From: Gemmatimonadota bacterium
GTDB lineage: Bacteria; Latescibacterota; UBA2968; UBA8231
Length of the DNA: 46,561 nt
Direction of reading: 5' to 3'
Assembly: GCA_038128265.1 (NCBI GenBank)
Contig: JAYPJE010000002.1
Span: forward strand, 1 to 46,561
The position numbers and the translations under genes were made by a program. Shown one piece after another: positions 17,521 through 26,321 of this stretch. Under the pieces are notes generated by a model. It ran no database searches. It was not told the origin of the DNA and worked only from the letters and a program-made list of their open reading frames with translations. The stretch's first letter is position 1. Every line of letters starts with the position of its first letter.

Positions 17521-19068
17521 CTACCGATCAAAGTCGCGCTCGGCGTTCCCACTGACTACGCGTGGCTCATACAGAGCGCCATCGGCTTCGACTAGCGCAC
17601 CGTCTCCACGCATGATTTGGTTGGGCGTAGAGCAGGAGACGCGGGCGGGAAATTGCGTTTTGAGCTCAGCCGTCTGGCGCGCGCGCAGATCGGCTGCTTC
17701 ATCAAAGCTGAAGTCTTCGAGCGCGGCCTGACGCAGCGCTGCTAACTCGTCTGGAACGGCGTCCCTCTCAAGCAGGTTGACCTGTTCATCGGGGTCGTTT
17801 TCTAGGTCAAACGCCAGGTCGCGGCAGCCGCGGAATGCCACGTACTTGTAGCGCCTGCCGCGCGCCATGCGGAACTCCGTGCCTTCGCCCCAGCGCGCCG
17901 CAAGAGATTCCGTTATAACGGCCGGTCGTAGGTTCAGCGCGTCGCATGCCTCGCCGCGCACGGCGGCACTCAGATCGATGCCGTCTAGCTCGGCGGGAGC
18001 GTTGGCGCTGGTCAACCCGCAAAGAGTGGGAAAGAGATCGGCCAGGCTGGTCGGGTCTTCGATCGCGCAGGCGGGCTGTCGTCCGTTTCGCTGCGCGGGT
18101 GTAGAGACGATAAAGGGCACGCGCGCGGAGGCTTCGTGCCATGTATTCTTCCAAAACAGGCCGTGCTCACCGGCCAGTTCGCCGTGGTCGGATGTGTAGA
18201 TAATCACGGTGTTATCGAGCAGTCCGTCGCGCTGCAAGAGCGCGAGAAAGTCGCCGATCATTTCGTCGAGAAAGTCGACACAGGCCGCATAGGCAGCGCG
18301 TGCTTTCATCATTTCCTCTTCCGCGATTTCTCCGCAGCGGAAGCCGGCGAAGGCGCCCTGTGTCATCGGGTGGTCGGCGCTGTCGCCGCTGCGCCGAACG
18401 CGCGGTGGAGTGATGCCGGTTGGGTAATAGCGGTCGAAAAAGCGCCGTGGCGCCGTGAGGGGAAAGTGCGGGCGGCTAAAGGATGCGTATAGCAGCCAGG
18501 GTTGCTGCGGAGCGGCGTGGCGCTGCTCGCGTAGCCAGGCGATGGATTCGCGCGCAACTACTTGCTCCTGCAGCATCGATTCGGGTATCTGACTCAGGCC
18601 GGCATCGGCCGTGCGCGATCGCATATCCATGCCGGGTCGAAGCGATTCGCTATACAGGTCGAGGGGGTCAAATTGGTGGGCGCAGGGACCGCCAAAATCG
18701 CCGTAGGGCCGATCGCGAAAGCCCGCCCTCTGGCGCGAGCCGCCCAAATGCATCTTGCCCACGGTGCAGGTTGCATAGCCGGCCGCTCCCAGTGCGTCGG
18801 CAAAAGTGGGAACGTCTGGGGGGAGTATGGAGCTGTTGCCCCAGGCGCCGCAGCGATGCGAGTGGCGGCCGCAGAGCATGGCGATGCGGCTCGGTGAGCA
18901 CAGCGGCATTTGGCAATAGGTCGTGGTAAAGTGCGTGCCTCTATCGGCGAGTGCGTCGAGTGTAGGTGTGCGGCAGGGCTCGCCGCCGTCTTGCGCAGAC
19001 CGGGCTGAGAGGAAGCGATAGGAGTGTTCATCGGACTGCAAGAGCAGGATATTGGGTCGCGAAGACAT
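17521..19068 (-). CDS. Sulfatase (Cys-type, choline-sulfatase-like)
   Basis: PNILLLQSDEH, PLCSPSR, GKMH, PHFP, YTSDHGE, GEHGLFWK. Confidence 0.92.
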   Translation of the reverse strand: MSSRPNILLLQSDEHSYRFLSARSAQDGGEPCRTPTLDALADRGTHFTTTYCQMPLCSPSRIAMLCGRHSHRCGAWGNSSILPPDVPTFADALGAAGYATCTVGKMHLGGSRQRAGFRDRPYGDFGGPCAHQFDPLDLYSESLRPGMDMRSRTADAGLSQIPESMLQEQVVARESIAWLREQRHAAPQQPWLLYASFSRPHFPLTAPRRFFDRYYPTGITPPRVRRSGDSADHPMTQGAFAGFRCGEIAEEEMMKARAAYAACVDFLDEMIGDFLALLQRDGLLDNTVIIYTSDHGELAGEHGLFWKNTWHEASARVPFIVSTPAQRNGRQPACAIEDPTSLADLFPTLCGLTSANAPAELDGIDLSAAVRGEACDALNLRPAVITESLAARWGEGTEFRMARGRRYKYVAFRGCRDLAFDLENDPDEQVNLLERDAVPDELAALRQAALEDFSFDEAADLRARQTAELKTQFPARVSCSTPNQIMRGDGALVEADGALYEPRVVSGNAERDFDR

Positions 19069-19252
19069 GAGGCATTCCTTTTGGGCTTTTGGACCCGTAA
19101 ACTATGCAATTTACGTCGCACCGGCTAATGGCCTCGGAGGGGAATGAATCGCCATTTAACCGCTTAATGGAGCGACTTATAATGCAAATGACGATTCATC
19201 TGGACCTGTTGCGCGGCGCGTGGCGCGAAGAGAGAAGAAGGCATAAAATTTT

Positions 19253-19302
19253 TTAAGTCTTTTAAAATTATGCCGATAGTGTATCTTGTGTAAGCCGATA
19301 GT
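19253..19302 (+). promoter_or_regulatory. sigma28 (FliA)-type promoter with a duplicated -10 element
   Basis: TTAAGTCT-N11-GCCGATAG (19253-19279) versus consensus TAAAGTTT-N11-GCCGATAA. A second GCCGATAGT copy lies 22 bp downstream. The site precedes a chemoreceptor gene. Confidence 0.75.
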
Positions 19303-19381
19303 CCAAAGTGCTGACTAGTGGCATACCTATTGCTATGATTACAGAGATGGGGAAGAATCCGCCTAAGGAGCGATAAAGGAT

Positions 19382-21007
19382 ATGTTTGGACGAAAAGCGA
19401 AAAAGGCAGCTAAGAAAGAGCGCAGCTATGAGAACGGGCGCATTTCCGTAAGCGATAAAGATATCGAAATGCGTTTGCGTTTCCAGGGACTGTCTGAGAG
19501 GGATCTCGGCGTCATTTTGACCTGGTCGTATGTGCTCAACCCGAAAATTGACTTACTCTGCGATCGCTTCTACGAGCACATCAGGAGCAATTCCGTAACG
19601 CAAGAATTTCTCAATCGCTTTACGACCGTTGACAAGCAGCGCCCGCTGTTGACGCGCTATATTATTTCAATGTTGGCCGGCGTTATCGACGATGACTACG
19701 TGGAGGCGCGCCGTCGCGTTGGTGCGCGTCACAACGATATCGATTTGGACTTCAACTGGTACATTTCGATGTATGAGGTCATCCGCAAAGTACTGGTCGA
19801 ACAAGTGCACGAGGCGGGGGCAACCGACGATGAGTTGAACACGTTCAAAGATGCGCTATCGCGCCTTATTCAGACGGATGTCGCTTTGGTTAGCAACGCG
19901 CTGACCCAGGCGCAGCGCGAATTGGGCAATATGGTCGAGAAGCAGCGCGACAGCGTCGTGCGCTTTTTTAACGACACGTCTGCGGTGCTGGCCAAAATGG
20001 CAGATCGAGATCTGTCGATGCGCATGGATGGCACCTACGAAGAAGAGTTCATGCAGGTGCGCGACGCGCTGAATAGCGCGTTGGATAACCTGGACGAAGG
20101 GCTGGCCCAGGTCTCCGTGAGCACCGATCAGATCTCTTCGGCTTCCGGGCAGATAAGCGACGGCAGCCAGTCGCTGGCGCAGGGGGCCACACAGCAGGCC
20201 TCTACGCTGGAAGAAGTTGCTTCCAGTCTCGAGGAAATCACCTCGATGTCCAAGCAAAATACGGCCAACTCCCAGCAGGCGCGCGCCATGGCTGAGGAAG
20301 CTGGGCGCAGCACGGACAAGGGCGTTGAGTCAATGAAGCGCCTGTCGCAGGCCATCGATCGCATAAAGAACTCCTCCGATGAAACGGCGCGCATCGTCAA
20401 GACCATTGACGAGATCGCCTTCCAGACCAACCTGCTGGCCCTGAACGCCGCCGTCGAAGCGGCGCGTGCAGGCGAGGCCGGGAAGGGCTTTGCCGTGGTT
20501 GCCGAAGAAGTGCGAAACCTGGCAATGCGCTCAGCCGAAGCGGCCAAGAATACCGCAGAGATGATTCAGGAGTCGGTGCAGAATGCCTCCGACGGCGTGG
20601 CGCTCAACTCAGAGGTGTTAGAAAACCTCGTGGAAATTAATAAGCAGGTGCAGCGCGTGGGCGAGGTTATGGCCGAGATCTCGGCAGCTTCCAGCCAGCA
20701 GGAGTCGGGCGTCGGGCAGATTAGCCAGGGCGTCGGGCAGCTCAACCAGCTGACCCAGCAGAACGCGGCCAACGCCGAAGAGTCAGCGGCCGCGTCCGAA
20801 GAGCTGTCGGCGCAGGCCGAAGAGATGCGCTCTCTGGTGCGCTCCTTCCGCCTCACCGAAATCATGGGGCAGCCTGCGCCACTGGCGCCTGCTCGCCGGG
20901 CCAGCCATGGCAAAAGCGCCGCGAAAAACGGTGCGGCTAGCGGGCGCAGTGCCGACGAGTTGATTCCGCTGAACGACGAAGACGAAGACGTGTTGAGCGA
21001 GTTTTAA
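19382..21007 (+). CDS. Globin-coupled methyl-accepting chemotaxis protein (HemAT-like, soluble)
   Basis: N-terminal sensor globin (RFYEHI, Y...R.RVG.RH..I.L...WY), HAMP-like segment, MCP hairpin [37 protein letters not shown]. No transmembrane helices. Confidence 0.93.
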   Translation: MFGRKAKKAAKKERSYENGRISVSDKDIEMRLRFQGLSERDLGVILTWSYVLNPKIDLLCDRFYEHIRSNSVTQEFLNRFTTVDKQRPLLTRYIISMLAGVIDDDYVEARRRVGARHNDIDLDFNWYISMYEVIRKVLVEQVHEAGATDDELNTFKDALSRLIQTDVALVSNALTQAQRELGNMVEKQRDSVVRFFNDTSAVLAKMADRDLSMRMDGTYEEEFMQVRDALNSALDNLDEGLAQVSVSTDQISSASGQISDGSQSLAQGATQQASTLEEVASSLEEITSMSKQNTANSQQARAMAEEAGRSTDKGVESMKRLSQAIDRIKNSSDETARIVKTIDEIAFQTNLLALNAAVEAARAGEAGKGFAVVAEEVRNLAMRSAEAAKNTAEMIQESVQNASDGVALNSEVLENLVEINKQVQRVGEVMAEISAASSQQESGVGQISQGVGQLNQLTQQNAANAEESAAASEELSAQAEEMRSLVRSFRLTEIMGQPAPLAPARRASHGKSAAKNGAASGRSADELIPLNDEDEDVLSEF

Positions 21008-21015
21008 GGCGCGTT

Positions 21016-21144
21016 ATGAGCAGCAGACAATACGCGATCCTACTCGCCCGCCTGGTGCACGCCGCGATAAAGGGCGTGAGCATCCTGGGCATCTTTATCG
21101 CCGTGGAATACAGCGATGCCTATTTTCAGGATGGGCTGCAGTAG
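21016..21144 (+). CDS. Small hydrophobic protein, 42 aa (MSSRQYAILLARLVHAAIKGVSILGIFIAVEYSDAYFQDGLQ)
   Basis: Starts 8 nt after the MCP stop and ends just before the terminator. Has a hydrophobic core but only a weak RBS. Confidence 0.4.
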   Translation: MSSRQYAILLARLVHAAIKGVSILGIFIAVEYSDAYFQDGLQ

Positions 21145-21166
21145 GGAAGCATAAGGGGAGTAACTG

Positions 21167-21201
21167 CGCGGGCACATCGTACGATGTGCCCGCGTTTTTT
21201 T
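21167..21201 (+). terminator. Rho-independent terminator (perfect 28-bp palindrome) between the convergent MCP and metH genes
   Basis: CGCGGGCACATCGT/ACGATGTGCCCGCG followed by T7. Confidence 0.88.
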
Positions 21202-21208
21202 GTCTGCG

Positions 21209-24200
21209 TTACTGCGGTGTGTATCCGAGATTGGGAGCCAGCCAGCGCTCGGTTTCCGCGACGGCGAGGCCCTTGCGCGCCGCGTAGTTTTCCACCTGGT
21301 CACGGGCTAGGAGGCCAACGGAGAAATAGCGCGCCTGCGCGTGTGAAAAGTAGAGGCCGGATACGGAGGCCGTAGGCCACATAGCGCAGGTTTCCGTCAG
21401 CCGCAGCGCGCTGCGTTGCTCCGCTTCAAGTAGCGCAAAGAGCGTTCGTTTCTCGCTGTGGTCTGGGCAGGCTGGATAGCCGGGGGCCGGGCGAATGCCG
21501 CGGTAGCGTTCGCGGATCAGGTCGTCCGTGCTCAGGCTGTCTTCCTGTTCGTAGCCCCACTCGCAGCGCGCGCGTTTGTGGATCATTTCGGCCAGTGCTT
21601 CGGCGAGGCGGTCGGCCAGGGCCTTTAGGAGAATGGCACTGTAGTCATCGCCGGCGCGTTCAAAGCGCTCTACGTGTGTTTCAATGCCGATGCCGGCGGT
21701 GAGGGCGAAAGCGCCGATATAGTCGGTTAGACCGCTGCTGCGCGGAGCGACAAAGTCGGCCAGCGCTAGCAGGGGTTGGTCGGGATCGCGCTTGGCCGCC
21801 TGTTGGCGCAGCGTGTGAAAGCGCACGGCTTCGCGCTGACGCGATTCGTCGGCATACACGACGATATCTTCGCCCTCGCCGTGAGCGGGGAAAAAGCCAT
21901 AGACGGCCTCCGCTTCAAGCCAGGATTCGTCGATAATGCGCGCGAGCATGGCCTGTGCATCGTCGAAGAGTTCGCGCGCCTGCGCACCGACGGTGGGGTC
22001 TTCGAGCAGGCGTGGATAGGCACCGCGCAGCTCCCAAGCGTGAAAAAACGGCGACCAATCGATATACTCTCGCAGCGAGTCTAGGTCGATGTGGCGCTCG
22101 TGGTGCAGGCCGGTAAAAGTGGGGGTAGGTGGGCTTTCTCCGCCCCAGTCAATCGCTAAGCGTTTTGTTTGCGCCTCGGCAAACGGGTGTAGCGGCCGCT
22201 CGCGCACGGCGTGCGCTGCGCGCTGCTGCTCCTGCTCACGGCTATTTTCCTCGACTAGCGCTTGGCGCTGCGTCTCGCTGAGAAACTGACGGACCACGCC
22301 GGGCGCACGCGATGCATCGGCCACGTGCAAAACCGGATGTTCGTAGGCGGGGGCAATTTTAACGGCCGTGTGGCGTCTGCTCGTGGTGGCTCCGCCAATG
22401 AGCAGGGGAATCGCCAGGTGTTGGCGCTGCATTTCGCGCGCCACGTGCACCATTTCGTCGAGCGAAGGGGTGATCAGGCCGCTGAGGCCGATCATATCGA
22501 CGTCCCGTTCGACGGCTGTGCGCAGAATCTGCTCGGCCGGCACCATGACGCCCAAGTCGATGATCTCGTAGTTGTTGCAAGCCAGCACGACGCCGACGAT
22601 GTTCTTGCCGATGTCGTGCACGTCCCCGCGCACCGTGGCCAGCAGCACTTTCCCGCGCGCGCGCGGGAAAGTGCCTTCGCCGGGCTCGTTTTCCATCAGT
22701 GGCTCCAAAATAGCGACGGCCTGTTTCATTACGCGCGCGCTCTTTACGACCTGCGGTAGAAACATTTTGCCGGCGCCAAAGAGCTCGCCAATGTGGTTCA
22801 TGCCGTCCATCAGCGGCCCCTCGATGATATCGAGTGGCTTGTCGTACTCCTCTATCGCTGCGGCCATATCTTCGTCTATATGCTCACTGCGGCCGTGCAG
22901 GAGGGCATAGCCCAGGCGCTCGCTCACAGACCCGCTGCGCCAGGACTGGTCGTCTTCTCGCTTCTTCCCCGCTCCGCGCACCGACTCGGCGTAATCGATA
23001 AGGCGTTCGGTGGCGTCTTTGCGCCGCATAAAGAGCACGTCCTCGACCCGCTCGCGCAGCGGTTCGGGGATGTCTTCGTATACGGTTAGCTGGCCGGCGT
23101 TGACAATGCCCATATCGAGGCCGCGCTGGATGGCGCGGTAGAGAAAAGCGGCGTGTATCGCTTCGCGGACGTAGTCGTTGCCCCGAAAGGAAAAGGAGAT
23201 ATTGCTGACGCCGCCGCTGATAAGCGCACCCGGGCAGGTTTCTTTGATCTGTCCCACCGCCTCTATAAAGTTTAGGGCGTAGGCGTCGTGTTCCTCCATG
23301 CCGGTAGCTACGGTGAGTATATTGGGATCGAAAATGATATCGCTGGCCGGCAGGCCGACCTCTTGAGTGAGGAGGCGGTAGGCGCGCTGGCAGATCCGCA
23401 CCTTGTCGTCTATTTCCGTGGCCTGACCCCTTTCGTCAAATGCCATGACGACGACGGCCGCGCCGTAGCGGCGACAGATGTGCGCCTGTTGCACAAAGGC
23501 TTTCTCGCCCTCTTTCAGGCTCAGCGAGTTGACGATGCCCTTGCCCTGCAGGCAGCGCAGGCCAGCCTCGATAACGGAGAACTTGGAGCTGTCGACCATA
23601 ATGGGCAGGCGGGCAATATCGGGTTCGGCGGCAATGCGGTTGATAAACGAGTGCATCGCCTCCTCCGAATCGATCAACCCCTCGTCCATATTGATGTCGA
23701 TGATATTGGCTCCACCCTCGACCTGCTGGCGCGCCACGTCCGTTGCCGCTTCGTAGTCGCCTTCCCTGATCAGGCGGGCAAAGCGGCGCGAACCGGTGAT
23801 ATTGGTGCGCTCGCCGACGAGGGTGAAATTGTCATCGGGGCCGATGGAGAAGGGATCAATGCCGCTGAAATGCGGATGGGCCTTGGGTTGGGGAGGCGTG
23901 CGTGGGGCGATATCGGCTACGGCCCGCGCGATGGCCTCGATGTGGTCGGGTGTGGTGCCACAGCAGCCGCCGATTAGGTTGATGAACCCCTCCTCGGCAT
24001 ATTGGCGCAGGCTGTGGGCTACTTCGTCGGGCCCTTGGTCGTACTGACCCATTTCGTTGGGGAGGCCCGCATTGAGATAGCAAGAGAAGGGCACGGGGGC
24101 GATCCGCGCCAGCTCTTCGATTGCCGGGCGCATCGCCTGTGGAGCCATGCCGCAGTTGATGCCGACGGCGGCCAGTGGCGCGTGCTCTATCGAATACCAG

Positions 24201-24898
24201 AAGGCCTCCGGAGTCTGGCCCGACAGCGTGCGGTAGCTCAGGTCGGAGAATGTGGCTGAGGCGATGAGGGGGATGCGGCGACCGCTGTCCTCAAAGTAGC
24301 GCTCTACGGCAAAGAGACACGCCTTGAGCGTTAATGTATCGAATACCGTTTCGGCCAGCAGGAGATCGACGCCGCCCTCGACGAGTCCGGCTATTTGCTG
24401 GTAATAGCCTGCTACAGCCTCTTCAAAGCGGTGCGTTCGGTAGCCGGGGCGGTTTACGTCGGGGGATAGGGAGAGCGTGATATTGGAAGGACCAAGCGCG
24501 CCGGCGACTAGGCGCGGTCTGTCCGGCGTAGAGAAGGCGTCAGCGGCTCGGCGCGCAATGTGCGCAGCGGCTCTGTTGATATCCGTTACCCGGTCTGCCA
24601 GCTGGTAGTCCTCGAGTGAAAATGGGTTGGCGTTAAAGGTATTGGTTTCGACGATATCGGCTCCGGCTTGCAGGTAGCCTCGGTGAATTTCCTCTATGAC
24701 ATGGGGCTGCGTGAGGCAAAGCAGATCGTTGCAGCCGCGCAGTTCGCCCGGGTGGTCCTGCATGAGTTGGCCGCGAAAATCGGCCTCGGACAGCTCGTAT
24801 GTCTGTATCATCGAGCCCATTGCCCCGTCGAGCACAAGGATGCGCTCGGCGAGGAGACGGTCCAGGTCGACGGAGCGTTGGGCGGTGGAATGGGTCAT
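21209..24898 (-). CDS. metH: Cobalamin-dependent methionine synthase
   Basis: [37 protein letters not shown] (B12-binding), [12 protein letters not shown]. 1229 aa with all four modules. Confidence 0.98.
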   Translation of the reverse strand: MTHSTAQRSVDLDRLLAERILVLDGAMGSMIQTYELSEADFRGQLMQDHPGELRGCNDLLCLTQPHVIEEIHRGYLQAGADIVETNTFNANPFSLEDYQLADRVTDINRAAAHIARRAADAFSTPDRPRLVAGALGPSNITLSLSPDVNRPGYRTHRFEEAVAGYYQQIAGLVEGGVDLLLAETVFDTLTLKACLFAVERYFEDSGRRIPLIASATFSDLSYRTLSGQTPEAFWYSIEHAPLAAVGINCGMAPQAMRPAIEELARIAPVPFSCYLNAGLPNEMGQYDQGPDEVAHSLRQYAEEGFINLIGGCCGTTPDHIEAIARAVADIAPRTPPQPKAHPHFSGIDPFSIGPDDNFTLVGERTNITGSRRFARLIREGDYEAATDVARQQVEGGANIIDINMDEGLIDSEEAMHSFINRIAAEPDIARLPIMVDSSKFSVIEAGLRCLQGKGIVNSLSLKEGEKAFVQQAHICRRYGAAVVVMAFDERGQATEIDDKVRICQRAYRLLTQEVGLPASDIIFDPNILTVATGMEEHDAYALNFIEAVGQIKETCPGALISGGVSNISFSFRGNDYVREAIHAAFLYRAIQRGLDMGIVNAGQLTVYEDIPEPLRERVEDVLFMRRKDATERLIDYAESVRGAGKKREDDQSWRSGSVSERLGYALLHGRSEHIDEDMAAAIEEYDKPLDIIEGPLMDGMNHIGELFGAGKMFLPQVVKSARVMKQAVAILEPLMENEPGEGTFPRARGKVLLATVRGDVHDIGKNIVGVVLACNNYEIIDLGVMVPAEQILRTAVERDVDMIGLSGLITPSLDEMVHVAREMQRQHLAIPLLIGGATTSRRHTAVKIAPAYEHPVLHVADASRAPGVVRQFLSETQRQALVEENSREQEQQRAAHAVRERPLHPFAEAQTKRLAIDWGGESPPTPTFTGLHHERHIDLDSLREYIDWSPFFHAWELRGAYPRLLEDPTVGAQARELFDDAQAMLARIIDESWLEAEAVYGFFPAHGEGEDIVVYADESRQREAVRFHTLRQQAAKRDPDQPLLALADFVAPRSSGLTDYIGAFALTAGIGIETHVERFERAGDDYSAILLKALADRLAEALAEMIHKRARCEWGYEQEDSLSTDDLIRERYRGIRPAPGYPACPDHSEKRTLFALLEAEQRSALRLTETCAMWPTASVSGLYFSHAQARYFSVGLLARDQVENYAARKGLAVAETERWLAPNLGYTPQ

Positions 24899-24966
24899 GC
24901 GCAGAGTGCCATTGTGATGGGGTGCGGTGAGATGTTCTAACTACGCAAATCAGCTGATAAATGTCA

Positions 24967-24986
24967 ATATCAAGATTTATTGATAT
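24967..24986. promoter_or_regulatory. 20-bp palindromic operator, SahR-like, abutting the metH -35
   Basis: ATATCAAG-ATTT-ATTGATAT. A minus-strand TTGACA occupies 24962-24967. Confidence 0.65.
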
Positions 24987-25067
24987 ATCGACGACTTGGC
25001 TGCAATGTGCAGGGGCAGGAGAATTTCCTATCTTAAAGCGCGAACTGTTAAACGTCGGAGTGTTGCC

Positions 25068-25667
25068 ATGGTCTACAAGAGCCTGTGTGCGGTTGCTCTC
25101 CTGTATTCGATCGCCGGGGCACAAACGCTAGAAATCGCTTTGCCAGAAGGGGATGCGGCCACCCTTCAGGTAGTGGCAGAGCGGGAAATAACCCTTTCCA
25201 TCCGCGCCGATTTGGCCGGTGCTGGCGGCGTTTCGGGTCTGGTATTTCACCTGGCGGTACCCGCAGGGGCCTTTGCTTTTGAGGCGCCTGCTCCCTTTCG
25301 CCAAGGGACGCTCTTTGCCGGAGCAACGGAATTTTCCAACGATGTGCTGCGCGGCGCGCAGGCCATCGGCGGCCCGCTGGGGATGGACGTATTGTCCTAT
25401 GCTCTGGTGGCAGGGCCTGGCTCGCAGCGCGGGCGCACGGGTCGTGGAGAAGTGGCTCGTCTGACCCTGCGTCCGCTGCGCACCGGTGCGGTGCCGGTCG
25501 CCTTTATACAGTCCCCAGCCTATCCGGGCAACGTCGTCTTGGACGATGGCCTTGGCGAGCGCTCCTTCCAGCGGATGCGGGGCATTGAGCTGTTTGTCGG
25601 CGACGGCGGCAGCGGCAAGCCGGCCATCGGCGATACGTGGGCGGCACTTAAACGGCAGTTTCAGTAG
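25068..25667 (+). CDS. Secreted cohesin-like beta-sandwich protein with a TW..LK C-terminal tail
   Basis: GGAG RBS and signal-peptide-like N-terminus. Alternating beta pattern with G.G.VA.L.L as seen in cohesin-like domains. Ends GKPAIGDTWAALKRQFQ. Confidence 0.65.
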   Translation: MVYKSLCAVALLYSIAGAQTLEIALPEGDAATLQVVAEREITLSIRADLAGAGGVSGLVFHLAVPAGAFAFEAPAPFRQGTLFAGATEFSNDVLRGAQAIGGPLGMDVLSYALVAGPGSQRGRTGRGEVARLTLRPLRTGAVPVAFIQSPAYPGNVVLDDGLGERSFQRMRGIELFVGDGGSGKPAIGDTWAALKRQFQ

Positions 25668-25688
25668 TCTATTGAGGAGATAGCATTC

Positions 25689-26207
25689 GTGCGACAGCGA
25701 CCCGATTGGAAAGTGTACTACATGAGCATTGCCATGGCCGTGCGCGCACGCGCCGACTGCACGGGCAATCGCGTCGGTGCCATTCTCGTGCAGAATGATC
25801 GCATTATCGCCACGGGATACAACGGGACGCCTCACGATATGCCCAACTGCAGTGCGGGGGGATGTCATCGCTGTGCGCACCGGGGGGCCTATGAGTCGGG
25901 CAAAGACTACGACCTGTGCATCTGCGTGCACGCAGAGCAAAATGCTCTGCTGTCGGCCGCGCGCTTTGGGATTGCCACGGAAGGGGCCGTTCTTTACTCG
26001 ACGATGCAGCCGTGCTTTGGTTGCACAAAGGAGATTATTCAGGCAAAAATCCGCGGCGTGTACTATTTGCACCCGTGGACCTATCCCGACGCGCAGCGCC
26101 AGCAGAGCTACGAAGAGTTGCTTTCCTATGTGCCCGACGGCGTGCTCGGGCTAGAGATAGACGACCCCGATGCCGCGTGGGCGGTATCCACGCTGCGCAC
26201 GAGCTAA
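25689..26207 (+). CDS. dCMP deaminase family protein
   Basis: RADC, VGA, TGYNG, HAEQNA, PCFGC zinc-deaminase motifs. GAGGAG RBS, GTG start. Confidence 0.92.
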   Translation: MRQRPDWKVYYMSIAMAVRARADCTGNRVGAILVQNDRIIATGYNGTPHDMPNCSAGGCHRCAHRGAYESGKDYDLCICVHAEQNALLSAARFGIATEGAVLYSTMQPCFGCTKEIIQAKIRGVYYLHPWTYPDAQRQQSYEELLSYVPDGVLGLEIDDPDAAWAVSTLRTS

Positions 26208-26269
26208 AGGCGGCATTTAGGTGCATTCGTCGCGGCGCTCTGCACGGTGTATGCAGGTGTAGCCTAATC

Positions 26270-26298
26270 TTGGTTAGTATCACCTTTTCCCCTATAAT
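26270..26298 (+). promoter_or_regulatory. sigma70-type promoter
   Basis: TTGGTT-N17-TATAAT upstream of the 26322 ORF. Confidence 0.55.
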
Positions 26299-26321
26299 TT
26301 GGTCTCTATTCCCACGGGGAG

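Noticed and set aside
24899..25067. Cobalamin or SAM riboswitch upstream of metH
   Set aside because: No conserved riboswitch core is visible and the apparent promoter leaves only a short leader.
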